In this document: one piece after another, positions 29,171 to 38,932 of the stretch
Position numbering within the stretch: position 1 is the first letter of the stretch
Layout of the letters: every line of letters begins with the position of its first letter
Virus record (IMG/VR): IMGVR_UViG_3300028840_004184
Span: 96,001 to 160,000 of that record
Strand: one strand, 5' to 3'
DNA: 64,000 nucleotides
Source: a virus
The notes under the pieces: model-generated
What the model was told of the DNA's origin: nothing
Database searches by the model: none
What the model saw: only the letters and a program-made list of their open reading frames with translations
Translations under genes and position numbers: made by a program

Positions 29171-31333
29171 TTACAAAAACTCTCCCATAATAACATCATC
29201 ATCAAAATGAGTTACTACACGAGCACCTTCTTTAAGAGGCAGGGAGTTCACGTCGTCAACGACAGTAAATATGGTGTCGGCTTCTTCGATACTGACGAGT
29301 TCGCCGCGAGCCTCTACGTGTAAATTGAATAGATCGAAGAGAGTGGGTTTTACACAGATGAAGTTAGACATAGCTTTGCCCATGGCGATCATGCCTCTCT
29401 GGTTACTCTCGACGTTGTTCCCGCTCCACGAAGGTCTTTTCTTAAGAGCAAGATCGGTCCAAATCACCTTATTATTTTTAAGGTCTATAATCATAGGAAT
29501 ACAGATGCGAGTATTGGCGGTTAGATCGATTTTGTTTTCTACCGTCTTGGGCTCGTAAATTTCTCCGGAGCCAGGTTCTTCTCTGCTCATCCAACCCATA
29601 AAACATTCAGGGACCTTACAGAATGGCTGACCGCTATATGAAAGTACCGACCATACGATGTAACGAACACCATATCGTCTAGCGGACTCGATATCTATAT
29701 CAATGAATTCGCTTGCTCCATTGGGAGCATTAGTAATATCTCCGCTATGACATGCTTTATAAGCGTTTGACCTTATGCGTGTATATGATATATGCTCCTT
29801 ATAATTCCAGTCGTCGTCGTATAGAACAGCGGACGAATCAATATCAACGCGATTACTAGCGGATATGTTTTTCCAATGGATAAAGCTGCGTAAGGTTTTC
29901 ATATTTTCCGGCATATCCACCTGTGATCCACGAGTAATGGTCCGGAATGCACCGCTTGCCGACCTCTGAGAAAATGGAACGAGGTAGCTAGCAAGCCTTT
30001 CGTCGATATGTACGTTACCTAGACTACCCCTTTCCTTAAATATTGTACATAGTGCTTTATCGCACACTGTTACTACTCTTTGACAAATATCATCATCAAT
30101 CTCGGGCAGATGATTATCCATACTAAAGGCTTTAGCTATTGTTCTTTTGGGGAAAAACACCCTTGTATTATGCTCAAGGCTATTCCTGCCGCGAAAATGA
30201 GCCATAACCTGTAGCAACACCGGGACGGAGACCTTGCTGGCTACGGCAGCAAATCGAGCAATTATATTGCCGGGCCTCGCGGTCATTCTCATTAAATGAT
30301 CGAGTCTACGGGCGAATTCTCCCGGCCTCTGCTTAAGGAGATCGGCCGCCACGCGGGTTTCCCCTTGTGACAGGGCTGTTTCGACCTTACCATTAAAAGT
30401 CTTGATTTTCCTATGATTGTTACGGAGATTCCAGAAAGCACTATAAGCCTTTTCAAAACGCCCTTTATAATCACCAGGATGTAATTTTTCACCAAGACGA
30501 ATCCATTTCATGGTGTAACGCTTCATGTCTTCTTCAAGAAGCCCACACGCATGCTCTAATAGACCAAGTAGTAGTTTTCTTTCTGAGCGATTGAAATTAC
30601 GATAATTGGTGTTGGTAGCAAGACTTATATCACCATCTGACATGGATGTTGCCAGCCTCAAAACGTCGGTAGCTGTTTTGAAATAAGGTTTTAGAAACGT
30701 TATAGCGGCATCGTCAACCTGAATATTTTCAAGAACACACTTTGAAACCAGGGCTACGTTTTCTTTAAGAGGAATGGCATCAGGCAATAGTCGTTCAAGA
30801 TCATTTTTGTAGTATTCGACGTACCACATTACGTCAGTCTTATCGGTTTCCGACAGAGAAGTTTTTGAGTTGATTAGATTTTGTCCTATCTCCACAAACT
30901 CTTTTTCTGTACCTAGACCAATACCCTTGGGCTTGTGTGTTTCTAAAGACGGAAATCTTTCTTTGACTTCATATTCTGGAATCCATTCGCCGAAAGTCAG
31001 ATAGTGAAAAATGGCATTAATGTAAAGTTCAGCTTCAACCATTTCCATTACTTGCTGGGGGAAATTGGGATACATGGGTTTGTGACGAACGTTGGCACCC
31101 ACCATCTTTTTAAGGTTTGCGGCTATGTTCACGTAAAAAGTTTTAGCCTGATCGATGGATAATGTCCTTAGGGCGTTAACTAGATCTTTTGAGAAAGTAA
31201 AACCAAGGTTTTCGATATTACGCATCATAGTTGCGATGTACTGATCGGGAAGACAGTTGCTTTTGAACATTCTACTGGTTCCAGTGGGAATAAACACCTT
31301 TAGTTTTCTTCTCAGATAAATTTCGTTTCTCAT
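29171..31333 (-). CDS. ROT/TROVE-like helical-repeat protein with C-terminal TerD domain (Prok-RING_4/SCO0854-type architecture without the RING)
   Basis: PMYPNFPQQV, KTATDVLRLA..MSDGD..L, WIRLGEKLHPG, RPGEFARRLDHL; TerD motifs RVDIDSS and HSGDITNAPNGASEFIDIDI. Confidence 0.8.
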   Translation of the reverse strand: MRNEIYLRRKLKVFIPTGTSRMFKSNCLPDQYIATMMRNIENLGFTFSKDLVNALRTLSIDQAKTFYVNIAANLKKMVGANVRHKPMYPNFPQQVMEMVEAELYINAIFHYLTFGEWIPEYEVKERFPSLETHKPKGIGLGTEKEFVEIGQNLINSKTSLSETDKTDVMWYVEYYKNDLERLLPDAIPLKENVALVSKCVLENIQVDDAAITFLKPYFKTATDVLRLATSMSDGDISLATNTNYRNFNRSERKLLLGLLEHACGLLEEDMKRYTMKWIRLGEKLHPGDYKGRFEKAYSAFWNLRNNHRKIKTFNGKVETALSQGETRVAADLLKQRPGEFARRLDHLMRMTARPGNIIARFAAVASKVSVPVLLQVMAHFRGRNSLEHNTRVFFPKRTIAKAFSMDNHLPEIDDDICQRVVTVCDKALCTIFKERGSLGNVHIDERLASYLVPFSQRSASGAFRTITRGSQVDMPENMKTLRSFIHWKNISASNRVDIDSSAVLYDDDWNYKEHISYTRIRSNAYKACHSGDITNAPNGASEFIDIDIESARRYGVRYIVWSVLSYSGQPFCKVPECFMGWMSREEPGSGEIYEPKTVENKIDLTANTRICIPMIIDLKNNKVIWTDLALKKRPSWSGNNVESNQRGMIAMGKAMSNFICVKPTLFDLFNLHVEARGELVSIEEADTIFTVVDDVNSLPLKEGARVVTHFDDDVIMGEFL

Positions 31334-31360
31334 CTTAGTTCGTCCTTATAATAAATAAAA

Positions 31361-31443
31361 AAGGAAATTGACGCCTCTAATAAGGTAGCTCCCAAAGCTA
31401 CTGGCGAATCGCCAGTGATAGAAGGAAGAAGCGTCGTGGCCTT
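31361..31443 (-). ncRNA. Scaffold RNA copy C
   Basis: AAG GCCAC GACGCU UCUUCCUUCUA-[39 nt, two hairpins]-UAGA GGCGUC AAUUUC CUU. Confidence 0.75.
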
Positions 31444-31458
31444 AAAATTTTTAAAGCA

Positions 31459-31527
31459 GCAGGAAATTTTCCTATCTAATAACAATATAATGAATAGTTT
31501 TTAGAAGGAAGATAAGATGTAGTCTGC
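31459..31527 (-). ncRNA. Scaffold RNA copy D
   Basis: GCAG ACUAC AUCUUA UCUUCCUUCUA-[23 nt]-UAGA UAGGAA AAUUUC CUGC. Confidence 0.75.
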
Positions 31528-31535
31528 TTGTTTTT

Positions 31536-31563
31536 ATTATATACAATTTTCCAAGAAAGTCAA
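31536..31563 (-). promoter_or_regulatory. sigma70 promoter driving RNA copies D and C and the TROVE-like-TerD gene
   Basis: TTGACT-N16-TATAAT; predicted TSS at about 31530, immediately before copy D. Confidence 0.8.
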
Positions 31564-31581
31564 GTAAAAAATCTAGAAATA

Positions 31582-32312
31582 TTATGAAGTAGTTACTGGT
31601 ATAATACCTCCGACCATCATTTGAGCCTTACAGGTAGTACACTTAACTTTACATGTGAATTTAAGACCTTTGGTTACATCATAGTCGCTTGGGTTTACTT
31701 TGTCATTCCACCATCCAGCAGCTTCTTCATCAGGCAGAGTTTGGCTACCGCCGTGATTACCTAGTTCTCCATCAGCGGTTCGATCATCATTGAAAATACA
31801 TGTCCAGTCGCCTTCACCGTCTTTGGCGTCAGGGTCCCATGCGAAAATTTTCCAGTAATATATCCATTTTGGATTGTCACATAGTTGGACGCAATTAAAG
31901 CTGGCCGTCCATACAAAACCCTCTCCGTATACCAGAGGATTAGGATCTAGTATCATCTCTTTTCTATTCCACGCACACATTTTAACTTGTGGGTTCGGAT
32001 TATAGTCCATAATCGTTGTTTCCTTTCTATCGACAGGATAGTTGTGCAAACAAAGTATTATGTGTTCTCTTTGCACATCTTGCCTGATTCGATCATTTTG
32101 AATATCTCACACGCCATATCTTCGGCGTCACCGATGGTAACATGGCTTGGTAAATAGGTCCATAGCAACTCATTAATGGTTTTTTTCAGTTCTGTGGTAT
32201 CTGGTTTATCGAGTGCTCTTTTAACAACGCTTCTATGTATTTTGGGACATTTACATGGTTTTGTACCACATACACAACAAGAGTGATCTCCGTCGAATCG
32301 TTTATCCATATG
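31582..32312 (-). CDS. Two hypothetical ORFs (31582-~32010, 32058-~32312)
   Basis: Co-directional ORFs; starts uncertain. Confidence 0.5.
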
Positions 32313-33591
32313 TACGCCCCTCTCTATATATTTTGAATGCATCAACTCTTCTCTGGAAGAGGGCACCGCCGAGATTAGGTCCTTCTTCGTACCCCTCTTC
32401 AATAAGTTGTTTGCCCGTAATGGTAGCCTCTATTTCAAAAGCTTTGTCGATGATATCTTCTGCATAATCTAGCCATATCAAAATATCTAAATACTGTGCT
32501 CCTTCGCGATATATAGAGTCCAAGGAGGATAGATGCATCAGGCTTTTTATGAATTTTTTATTATTCAAAATCCACCTGAGTAACTTCCCTGGACGCATTT
32601 CCTGGATGGTTTTGATACGCATATGATGTTTTGCACAGAAAACACCGAAGTTCCTAAATTCGTTAGGTATTTTGAGCCTATCACAAAAATCATTAACGGG
32701 CTTTTCGCCCATTTTGCCATGACCATGGTGAGCGGGATGTATTTCTTTGGGAGTACATCCTTTTCCAAAGTCATGCACCAAGGCTCCAAATCTCATCAAA
32801 GGTGTATCACTAAAAGTTAAAATATTCATAGTATGGTTAAATGCCGTACCATCATGTTTATCGAAAACATTTAGGGCAGCTACTTCTTTAAAGTGAACAT
32901 CTAGAACATCGATACTCTTAAGTACTTCGAAAAAACGCCTTGGGTTAGGTGTCTTCAATACCTTTTCAAATTCAATCCAAACCCGTTCCGGAGTTAAGGT
33001 CTCAAGCTGTTTCTTCATATTATGCATTAATACAAGAGTATGCATATCAATGTCAAATCCAAGCTGAGCCGCAAATCTGGCGGTTCTGTAAACACGGAGC
33101 GGATCTTCCTCGAAAGCTTCCGTGGTATGTCTCAAAATTCTGGACTCAATGTCCTTTTCACCACCAAAAGGGTCAACTACGGCAGACACATCATCCGGGA
33201 TACAACATTTTTGCATATGAATCGCTATGGCGTTCATGGTCAGATCTCGTCTGGCTAAATCATCATGAATAGTGACATCTTTGCCTGTAAAAAATGTAAA
33301 TCCTTTGTAGCCTACACCGTCTTTTTTCTCCTTACGAGCCATGGCTACTTCACATTTTTTGCCACCAATTTCTACAAGAAATACAGGAAAGTCATCACCG
33401 ACTACCTTTTCAAAGGGCATGTCTGTAATATCAATACCCGTAACAACATAGTCCTCATCATTAGAGTTTATACCTAAAAAAGAGTCGCGTACCGCTCCTC
33501 CAACCAACCAAAGATGACCACCTAGCGAATCTATGAAGTTGGCGAATTCTGTTGTGTGTTCAAAGGTTTTTGTTTTCTTTTTTTTCATCAA
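32302..33591 (-). CDS. cca: CCA-adding tRNA nucleotidyltransferase with HD domain
   Basis: VGGAVRD, DEDYVV, DLARRDLTMNAIA, EDPLRVYRTARFAA, ERVWIE, LVHDFGK. Confidence 0.95.
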   Translation of the reverse strand: MMKKKKTKTFEHTTEFANFIDSLGGHLWLVGGAVRDSFLGINSNDEDYVVTGIDITDMPFEKVVGDDFPVFLVEIGGKKCEVAMARKEKKDGVGYKGFTFFTGKDVTIHDDLARRDLTMNAIAIHMQKCCIPDDVSAVVDPFGGEKDIESRILRHTTEAFEEDPLRVYRTARFAAQLGFDIDMHTLVLMHNMKKQLETLTPERVWIEFEKVLKTPNPRRFFEVLKSIDVLDVHFKEVAALNVFDKHDGTAFNHTMNILTFSDTPLMRFGALVHDFGKGCTPKEIHPAHHGHGKMGEKPVNDFCDRLKIPNEFRNFGVFCAKHHMRIKTIQEMRPGKLLRWILNNKKFIKSLMHLSSLDSIYREGAQYLDILIWLDYAEDIIDKAFEIEATITGKQLIEEGYEEGPNLGGALFQRRVDAFKIYREGRTYG

Positions 33592-34057
33592 AGTACCCCA
33601 TACGAACGGTATTTTTTATATTCTCTTCTTGATATTGGTTGCCAGGACAACAGTGTTACTGGTATATCCTTAGTCGGGTCTTCTTCTCTTTTCTCCATGA
33701 TTCTCTTAAAGGCCATAAACCAGTCTATTGGATGCTGATTTATGACTTTACAGCTTAATTTAGGGCCACTACGATAACTTATAAAATAGTATTTCAATTT
33801 TCCTCAGCCTCCTTTTCTATAGCGTTTATAATGGCTTGACGAATATCTGTAGTGCCACCAGGTTTACTGGTTTCATGCAATCTCCATCCATGCCCAGTAG
33901 ACGAACGTCTACAAATTATTTTACCGGTATATTCTCTCATTTTACTTTGCAGCCAGTCTAGTAGCTCTGTGTCCGAATATTGAGATAGAGAATTTGTTTC
34001 TGGTATAGATATTTTTAAATTTGGTTTTGGAAGCCCATTATTCATTATGGCGTGCTC

Positions 34058-34663
34058 CTATTCTATTTCTAGTGCCTGTTTTATTGGCCATTTTAGTTGA
34101 TTAATTCTGGCTTTAACCTTGTTGTAATCTAGACAAAGACTTTCACACCATTCCTTGAGGCATTTGGTGACATTATCGATAGTAATCATTTTGCTAGTAC
34201 GCCTATTGCGTGCTTGTGTTTTACGTGTGGTCCATCGACAGTTTTTCTTGTTATAATTGCCATTATTGTTAATCCTGTCAAGTGTTAGCCCACTTGGACA
34301 CTCCCCCATGTCTGACAGAAAATTTTCAAATTTTAACCATGTTTTACAAACCGTGATACCGCGAGAACCATAGTGTTTATAAGCTCTATTATGAGGATTG
34401 TTGCAACGCTGAATCATACTGGCCCACGAGCGATATGTTGTTGTATTTTCATAACCATGTTTTATATTGGGTTTTACTTGTTTATTCCAACATCCGCAGC
34501 TTTTAGTATTACCACTACGAAGGTTATACCCAAGTACTATTGGTCGATTACCGCATTTGCACCGACACAATCAACGCAACTTACCACGACTACAATTAGT
34601 TACACGACCTAAGACGATCAGATAATGAAACTTTTGTCCGGTTAAGTCAACCAATTTACCCAT
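34058..34663 (-). pseudogene. HNH homing endonuclease with an in-frame TGA at codon 31
   Basis: ATG 34663 MGKLVDLTGQKF...KLR*LCRCKCGN; the paralogue at 42681 has W there; LTLDRINNNGNY...NCRW. Confidence 0.8.
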
Positions 34664-34718
34664 AATTATCTCTTATATTATGACATATATTCAGAAAATG
34701 TCAAGTAAATTTTATTTA

Positions 34719-35039
34719 TTATTCTACGATTTCCTTATCCCCGTTTACCCAACCCTCCTGATAATCAATATCATCAGAATCTCTCACTCGCACAGCCTTG
34801 GCCGCAACGTCTGTCCAATCCATATTGTTTTCTGCCCAATCTTCGATATCACATGAATATTGTTCAAAAAATGGCCATGTATCTTCTTCAAGCGAACGAC
34901 CTATATCGTTGTCAAATTCATGCTTGTAGTAATCCGCCCTATGTTTTGCTATTACGGAGACGGGAATATCCCATTTCGATCCGTCAGACATAGTAACTCG
35001 TAGCTTAGCTTTTCTTATGTTCATTTGGATTTGGCTCAC
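34719..35039 (-). CDS. Conserved hypothetical phage protein
   Basis: MSDGSKWDIPV..IA...DWAENNMDW.DV...DYQEGWVNG. Confidence 0.65.
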   Translation of the reverse strand: MSQIQMNIRKAKLRVTMSDGSKWDIPVSVIAKHRADYYKHEFDNDIGRSLEEDTWPFFEQYSCDIEDWAENNMDWTDVAAKAVRVRDSDDIDYQEGWVNGDKEIVE

Positions 35040-35916
35040 AATAAAACATATTTTCGTATTCTTGAAGTATTCGTTGTTCTGTTTGTTCGATTAATTTTTT
35101 TATCATATCTTTGTCTATTATTTTATTATGCTCTAAGCATGTAGTAACCCCTGGTGGTGGCCAGAAGAATTTTTCTTCGGACCAATTAATGGCTTTAAAA
35201 TCTTCTTTATCTATTTTTTCTGATTCTTTTACGGGTGTAAGGAGATCTTTTATCTCTGGTGTTAAAAAGCCTTTGTTGTCAAGTATTTGTTTGCACTCCT
35301 CGGCAAAAATAACGTGAAGCTGAGATATAAAAGAGTTAATCGATATCATGCCCTTTTGCAAAGCTTCTTTAAGAGACTCTTTTTTTCTTTCATCCCACGT
35401 TTTGTGACATGGCCACTCATGTGTCTGTTTCCAGTTTCTGCGGTCATGTAGCCGACCCCATTCCGCGATAGCTTCTTTTTCAGTTGGCATAGCTCCTGCA
35501 TGTATACCACAATTATAACACCCTACACGGACTCTGTGTTTTAAATGCATTAAATATACACTGTCTCTGCCACTACACCCCCAACACCGCTTATAGGGTT
35601 CAGGAAGTTCATATTGATGAATAGATGTTTTTGATCCAACACCCCATTTCCGATCAAGTGTAGCCTCAAGGCTGGGATTTTTTAAATGAGTGTCACCTTT
35701 CAATATTGTTTCTTTAGTTTCAGCATCTACAACTTCAAAAGACCACTTACTTATCGCATCAAAGGTTTCTTTCATTGCTTGTTGATAACCAGGCTCCTCA
35801 CAAAAACCGGGGGTTTCCAAGGGGGTGTCCACCTTGTTGCAATTGTTAGGACACACTCCCCCCGAAGTCAAAAGATCAATAAGTTCTGCCCCACATATAT
35901 CACACTTAGTATGCAT
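35005..35916 (-). CDS. LLTS zinc-ribbon-tag family protein 6, with an internal Lar-like domain
   Basis: KCDICGAELIDLLTSGGVCPNNC; CWGC...CYNCG...EKEAIAEW. Confidence 0.7.
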   Translation of the reverse strand: MHTKCDICGAELIDLLTSGGVCPNNCNKVDTPLETPGFCEEPGYQQAMKETFDAISKWSFEVVDAETKETILKGDTHLKNPSLEATLDRKWGVGSKTSIHQYELPEPYKRCWGCSGRDSVYLMHLKHRVRVGCYNCGIHAGAMPTEKEAIAEWGRLHDRRNWKQTHEWPCHKTWDERKKESLKEALQKGMISINSFISQLHVIFAEECKQILDNKGFLTPEIKDLLTPVKESEKIDKEDFKAINWSEEKFFWPPPGVTTCLEHNKIIDKDMIKKLIEQTEQRILQEYENMFYCEPNPNEHKKS

Positions 35917-36634
35917 CTTTATCTCCGAACACGAACTCTATTCTATATTGATCAAAATAGTCACTCTCCTTTTCTCTTTTTCCATAAAGGATCATTTTTT
36001 CAAAGCCACTATGTTCATCATGTGTAAGCCCCAGCATTATGGCCAAAATATCTGAGTCGGTTATTTTAACATCGCAAGTATCAAATGTACAAGTCACAAG
36101 TGTACCATTAGACATTCTATCACCAACCTCGATGGTTACGTCAAGTCGTTCGTTGGTTTTATGCATTATGGACTCAGCCTCACCTAACATAAATTGTTCC
36201 TCAAGATCATGTGTGCCATGCATATTGATAGAATCTATCGGACCAAGTTCTTCCCAGCCTTGTTCTTGTTGTAATAATTTATTCCAATGTCGTTTGGCTT
36301 TCCTAATACTAGAAAACCCCTTGGTGGCTAATTTAGTTTTACAATCACATGACACACATGTTATAGTGGAAAATGAATATACTTCCTTGTTGTCGATTTT
36401 TGTGACATGTAAATCCGGAAAAGACCCACATTCACAACGCCATAATCCTATATTCATAACATCTAGTGGGCTGCCATCATTGCGTTCTAGCTCAAAACTT
36501 GACTCACACGAAACATTGTTTTGGTCTTCGTGTACAAAATCAGCACCGCTTTGATCCTGCTGATGACAATCCGCAGGACATACCCATGATGTAATAAGTT
36601 GAATCATTTCTTCACCACACTTGGGGCATTTCAT
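35906..36634 (-). CDS. LLTS zinc-ribbon-tag family protein 7, with an internal Lar-like domain
   Basis: MKCPKCGEEMIQLITSWVCPADC; CECG...CVSC...AKRHWN. Confidence 0.7.
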   Translation of the reverse strand: MKCPKCGEEMIQLITSWVCPADCHQQDQSGADFVHEDQNNVSCESSFELERNDGSPLDVMNIGLWRCECGSFPDLHVTKIDNKEVYSFSTITCVSCDCKTKLATKGFSSIRKAKRHWNKLLQQEQGWEELGPIDSINMHGTHDLEEQFMLGEAESIMHKTNERLDVTIEVGDRMSNGTLVTCTFDTCDVKITDSDILAIMLGLTHDEHSGFEKMILYGKREKESDYFDQYRIEFVFGDKDAY

Positions 36635-37413
36635 TTACTTTGTTCCTTTATTTTATCGGCCAAAAGTTTTATTGTTGGTAAATTATAAAACCCATCATCA
36701 AAAGAGCTTAATGCTCTTTTTATTTGTTCAATGGTATATTTCTTTTTCTTTGCCTTAGGCGGCTTTCCACCACATTTATATTTCCACGCCACAGTATCAA
36801 AAATAGGCGGATATAGTATCGCAAATTCCTTAAGTAAAGGCAGCATCAAATTACGGATATCTGGATGGGCACCCTTAGAACACCGAAGATTAAACACATG
36901 GTTCCATTCACGGAAATTGGCTGACATAACAATTTCTGTTTTAAGATCATTGGGTAGTATACCCCTAGCTTGCTGTGGCGATAAACCTATCAAAACGAGT
37001 TGTAAATACCTTTCTTCATCTTGTTCTATGGCATCCATCCACAGTTTACGACATTCTTCTGAATACTCACTCCATGTACTTGGTCGTACAAATGTTAATT
37101 GATTATCAAATTTATCATTTGAATAATTACAGTATCTAGTACTTTCTTGGGAATAGGCAGCAATGCGATGCCGAACAAGTTCGTGGGTTACGCCACGGTT
37201 AGTGATAAATCGGACAGATGCATCCGAGTGCTCTATGACAGATAAATGACCACGGCCCATAATGCGACTCAAAAATTCGTCCGACTGTTCGGGCGAAACG
37301 TCCATCATATTTTCTGTTTTATAGCATGTCCTGGCCGCTCTTTCGATCCGCTTTAGTGCGATCTCCGGTTCCGGCTTCCATTCCCATCCGTAATATTGCT
37401 TTACTATTTTCAT
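36631..37413 (-). CDS. thyX: FAD-dependent thymidylate synthase
   Basis: GHLSVIEH, THELVRHRIAAYSQESTRY, ARGILP, LRCSKGAHPDIR. Confidence 0.96.
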   Translation of the reverse strand: MKIVKQYYGWEWKPEPEIALKRIERAARTCYKTENMMDVSPEQSDEFLSRIMGRGHLSVIEHSDASVRFITNRGVTHELVRHRIAAYSQESTRYCNYSNDKFDNQLTFVRPSTWSEYSEECRKLWMDAIEQDEERYLQLVLIGLSPQQARGILPNDLKTEIVMSANFREWNHVFNLRCSKGAHPDIRNLMLPLLKEFAILYPPIFDTVAWKYKCGGKPPKAKKKKYTIEQIKRALSSFDDGFYNLPTIKLLADKIKEQSK

Positions 37414-37671
37414 TCTGGGTCTTCCTGATCGGAAGGAGGAGGAACACTACCGACTTCCTGAGAAAGATGTACGTGAATAGGATCATCGATACTAATATCT
37501 ACCTTTTCATTGTGACCTAGGTCTCTGTCGGCAGGAGTTTTGAAGAAAATTTGTAGACCAGTAACCCTAGTCTTGCCCGTAATTACTCTTTTAAGACGCA
37601 AATATTCTACTATATCATTCTCGTCCAGTGTTATAACGTCTTTTTTGATTTGTACATATTCAGTTTTTACT

Positions 37672-37941
37672 TTAACTTTTTTCTTGTCTGTCATTTTCCT
37701 TTTCCTTTCCTAAAAGTTCTGTCGGTATACAAAATGCCTCTATTATTTCTTTTTCTATGCGTGTACGAATATTTATTAAATCGTCCCATTCAGGGACGAC
37801 AGCAAATTCTATAAACTCTATGGATTGAAGATTTTTGAACGTACAAGATATTGAGGAAATCATTTTATCACATTCCTTTGGGCATACCCACGAAGTCAAT
37901 AATGGAACCATTTTAGACCCGCATATCTCACATTTGTTCAT
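37672..37941 (-). CDS. LLTS zinc-ribbon-tag family protein 8
   Basis: MNKCEICGSKMVPLLTSWVCPKEC; GGAGA RBS before ATG 37941. Confidence 0.7.
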   Translation of the reverse strand: MNKCEICGSKMVPLLTSWVCPKECDKMISSISCTFKNLQSIEFIEFAVVPEWDDLINIRTRIEKEIIEAFCIPTELLGKEKENDRQEKS

Positions 37942-38932
37942 CGTAACTATCATCTCCGACATGTGGTAGGTTACCATAGAACATTTCAGTTATGTTTGCT
38001 GCGGTAGCCAATATAAAGCGTCTTATTGGTATTAATTCTGGATGAGCAACCAAAAAAGACAATAATTGACCCATTTGTCCTGTGGTTAATTTTAATTCTT
38101 GATTATTCTCAACAATTTTTGGGTCTTTATCCTTACAGTCCTCTGCCCACACATTCATAGCGTTCCATATTAAACTAGCCGCAACATACATGCTTGTTTT
38201 CACAGACATTGCTTCGGCAAAGGCATGTTTTTTAAGATGTTCGTTATATGCCTTTAATTGATTTTTTTCTTTTTCACTTAACGGCTGTAAAAGATATGGA
38301 AATTCATTGTATACATCAGCGTCATCATTTATTTCCATCAGCCTTCTCCTTTGATTCAAAGCCAGTACACTCCTCTAACCATACCGGATCGAAATTCCAT
38401 GGATGATTAAACCACCCTCGTTCAATGCCATGCGGATTACCTTTAACATATATATCTGCGTCGGTGCTATCAGCCTGTATGGGCGATATACGACCGACAC
38501 CAGCAAATATACCAAGAATTTGACCTAGTGGATCATCCATCGCGGATGCAAAATCCGGATGTTTACAGCATGAATGAGCATTACCAGCCAGCCCACCACG
38601 AAATTTACATTCGTAGCAATTCGGTTTGTTTTTGTTCATCTTCTTCTTAACCCAAAAATACTATGCTGGGACGACCTCTTGTTTCTTCTGATAGTGATGT
38701 TTCTGCGACTATGTTTGCCATAACTAGCTCTCGAACGGGTCATCCTATTCATTTTGTACTTTAGAAAATATTCGCTTCTGCATCTTGAGTACCGTTTATG
38801 TATTAGGCTACGATGCCCCTTACATACTACGACAACACGAACATTTGTCTGTCTGCTGCTACGACTTTGGGCCATTACTGGTACGGCTATTAGTGATAAA
38901 AATAAAATTACGATAAATACTTTTAGTTTCAT
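37928..38932 (-). CDS. Hypothetical ORFs (37928-~38338, 38325-38639 Cys-rich, 38636-38932 with signal peptide)
   Basis: Overlapping co-directional ORFs; HGIERGWFNHPWNFDPVW; MKLKVFIVILFLSLIAVPVMA. Confidence 0.6.

Noticed and set aside
29171-31333. Tellurite-resistance (ter) operon
   Set aside because: A single TerD domain fused to a long helical region; no terA/B/C/Z neighbours
28878-31527. CRISPR array or mini-array interpretation of the TAGAAGGAAGA repeats
   Set aside because: Only an 11-nt core is identical, spacing is irregular, the flanks covary as stems, and no cas gene is present in the window
34571-34573. Genome-wide TGA-to-Trp (or TAG) recoding
   Set aside because: TGA and TAG terminate many genes, including ATGA overlaps; long conserved genes are intact under code 11; no suppressor tRNA seen
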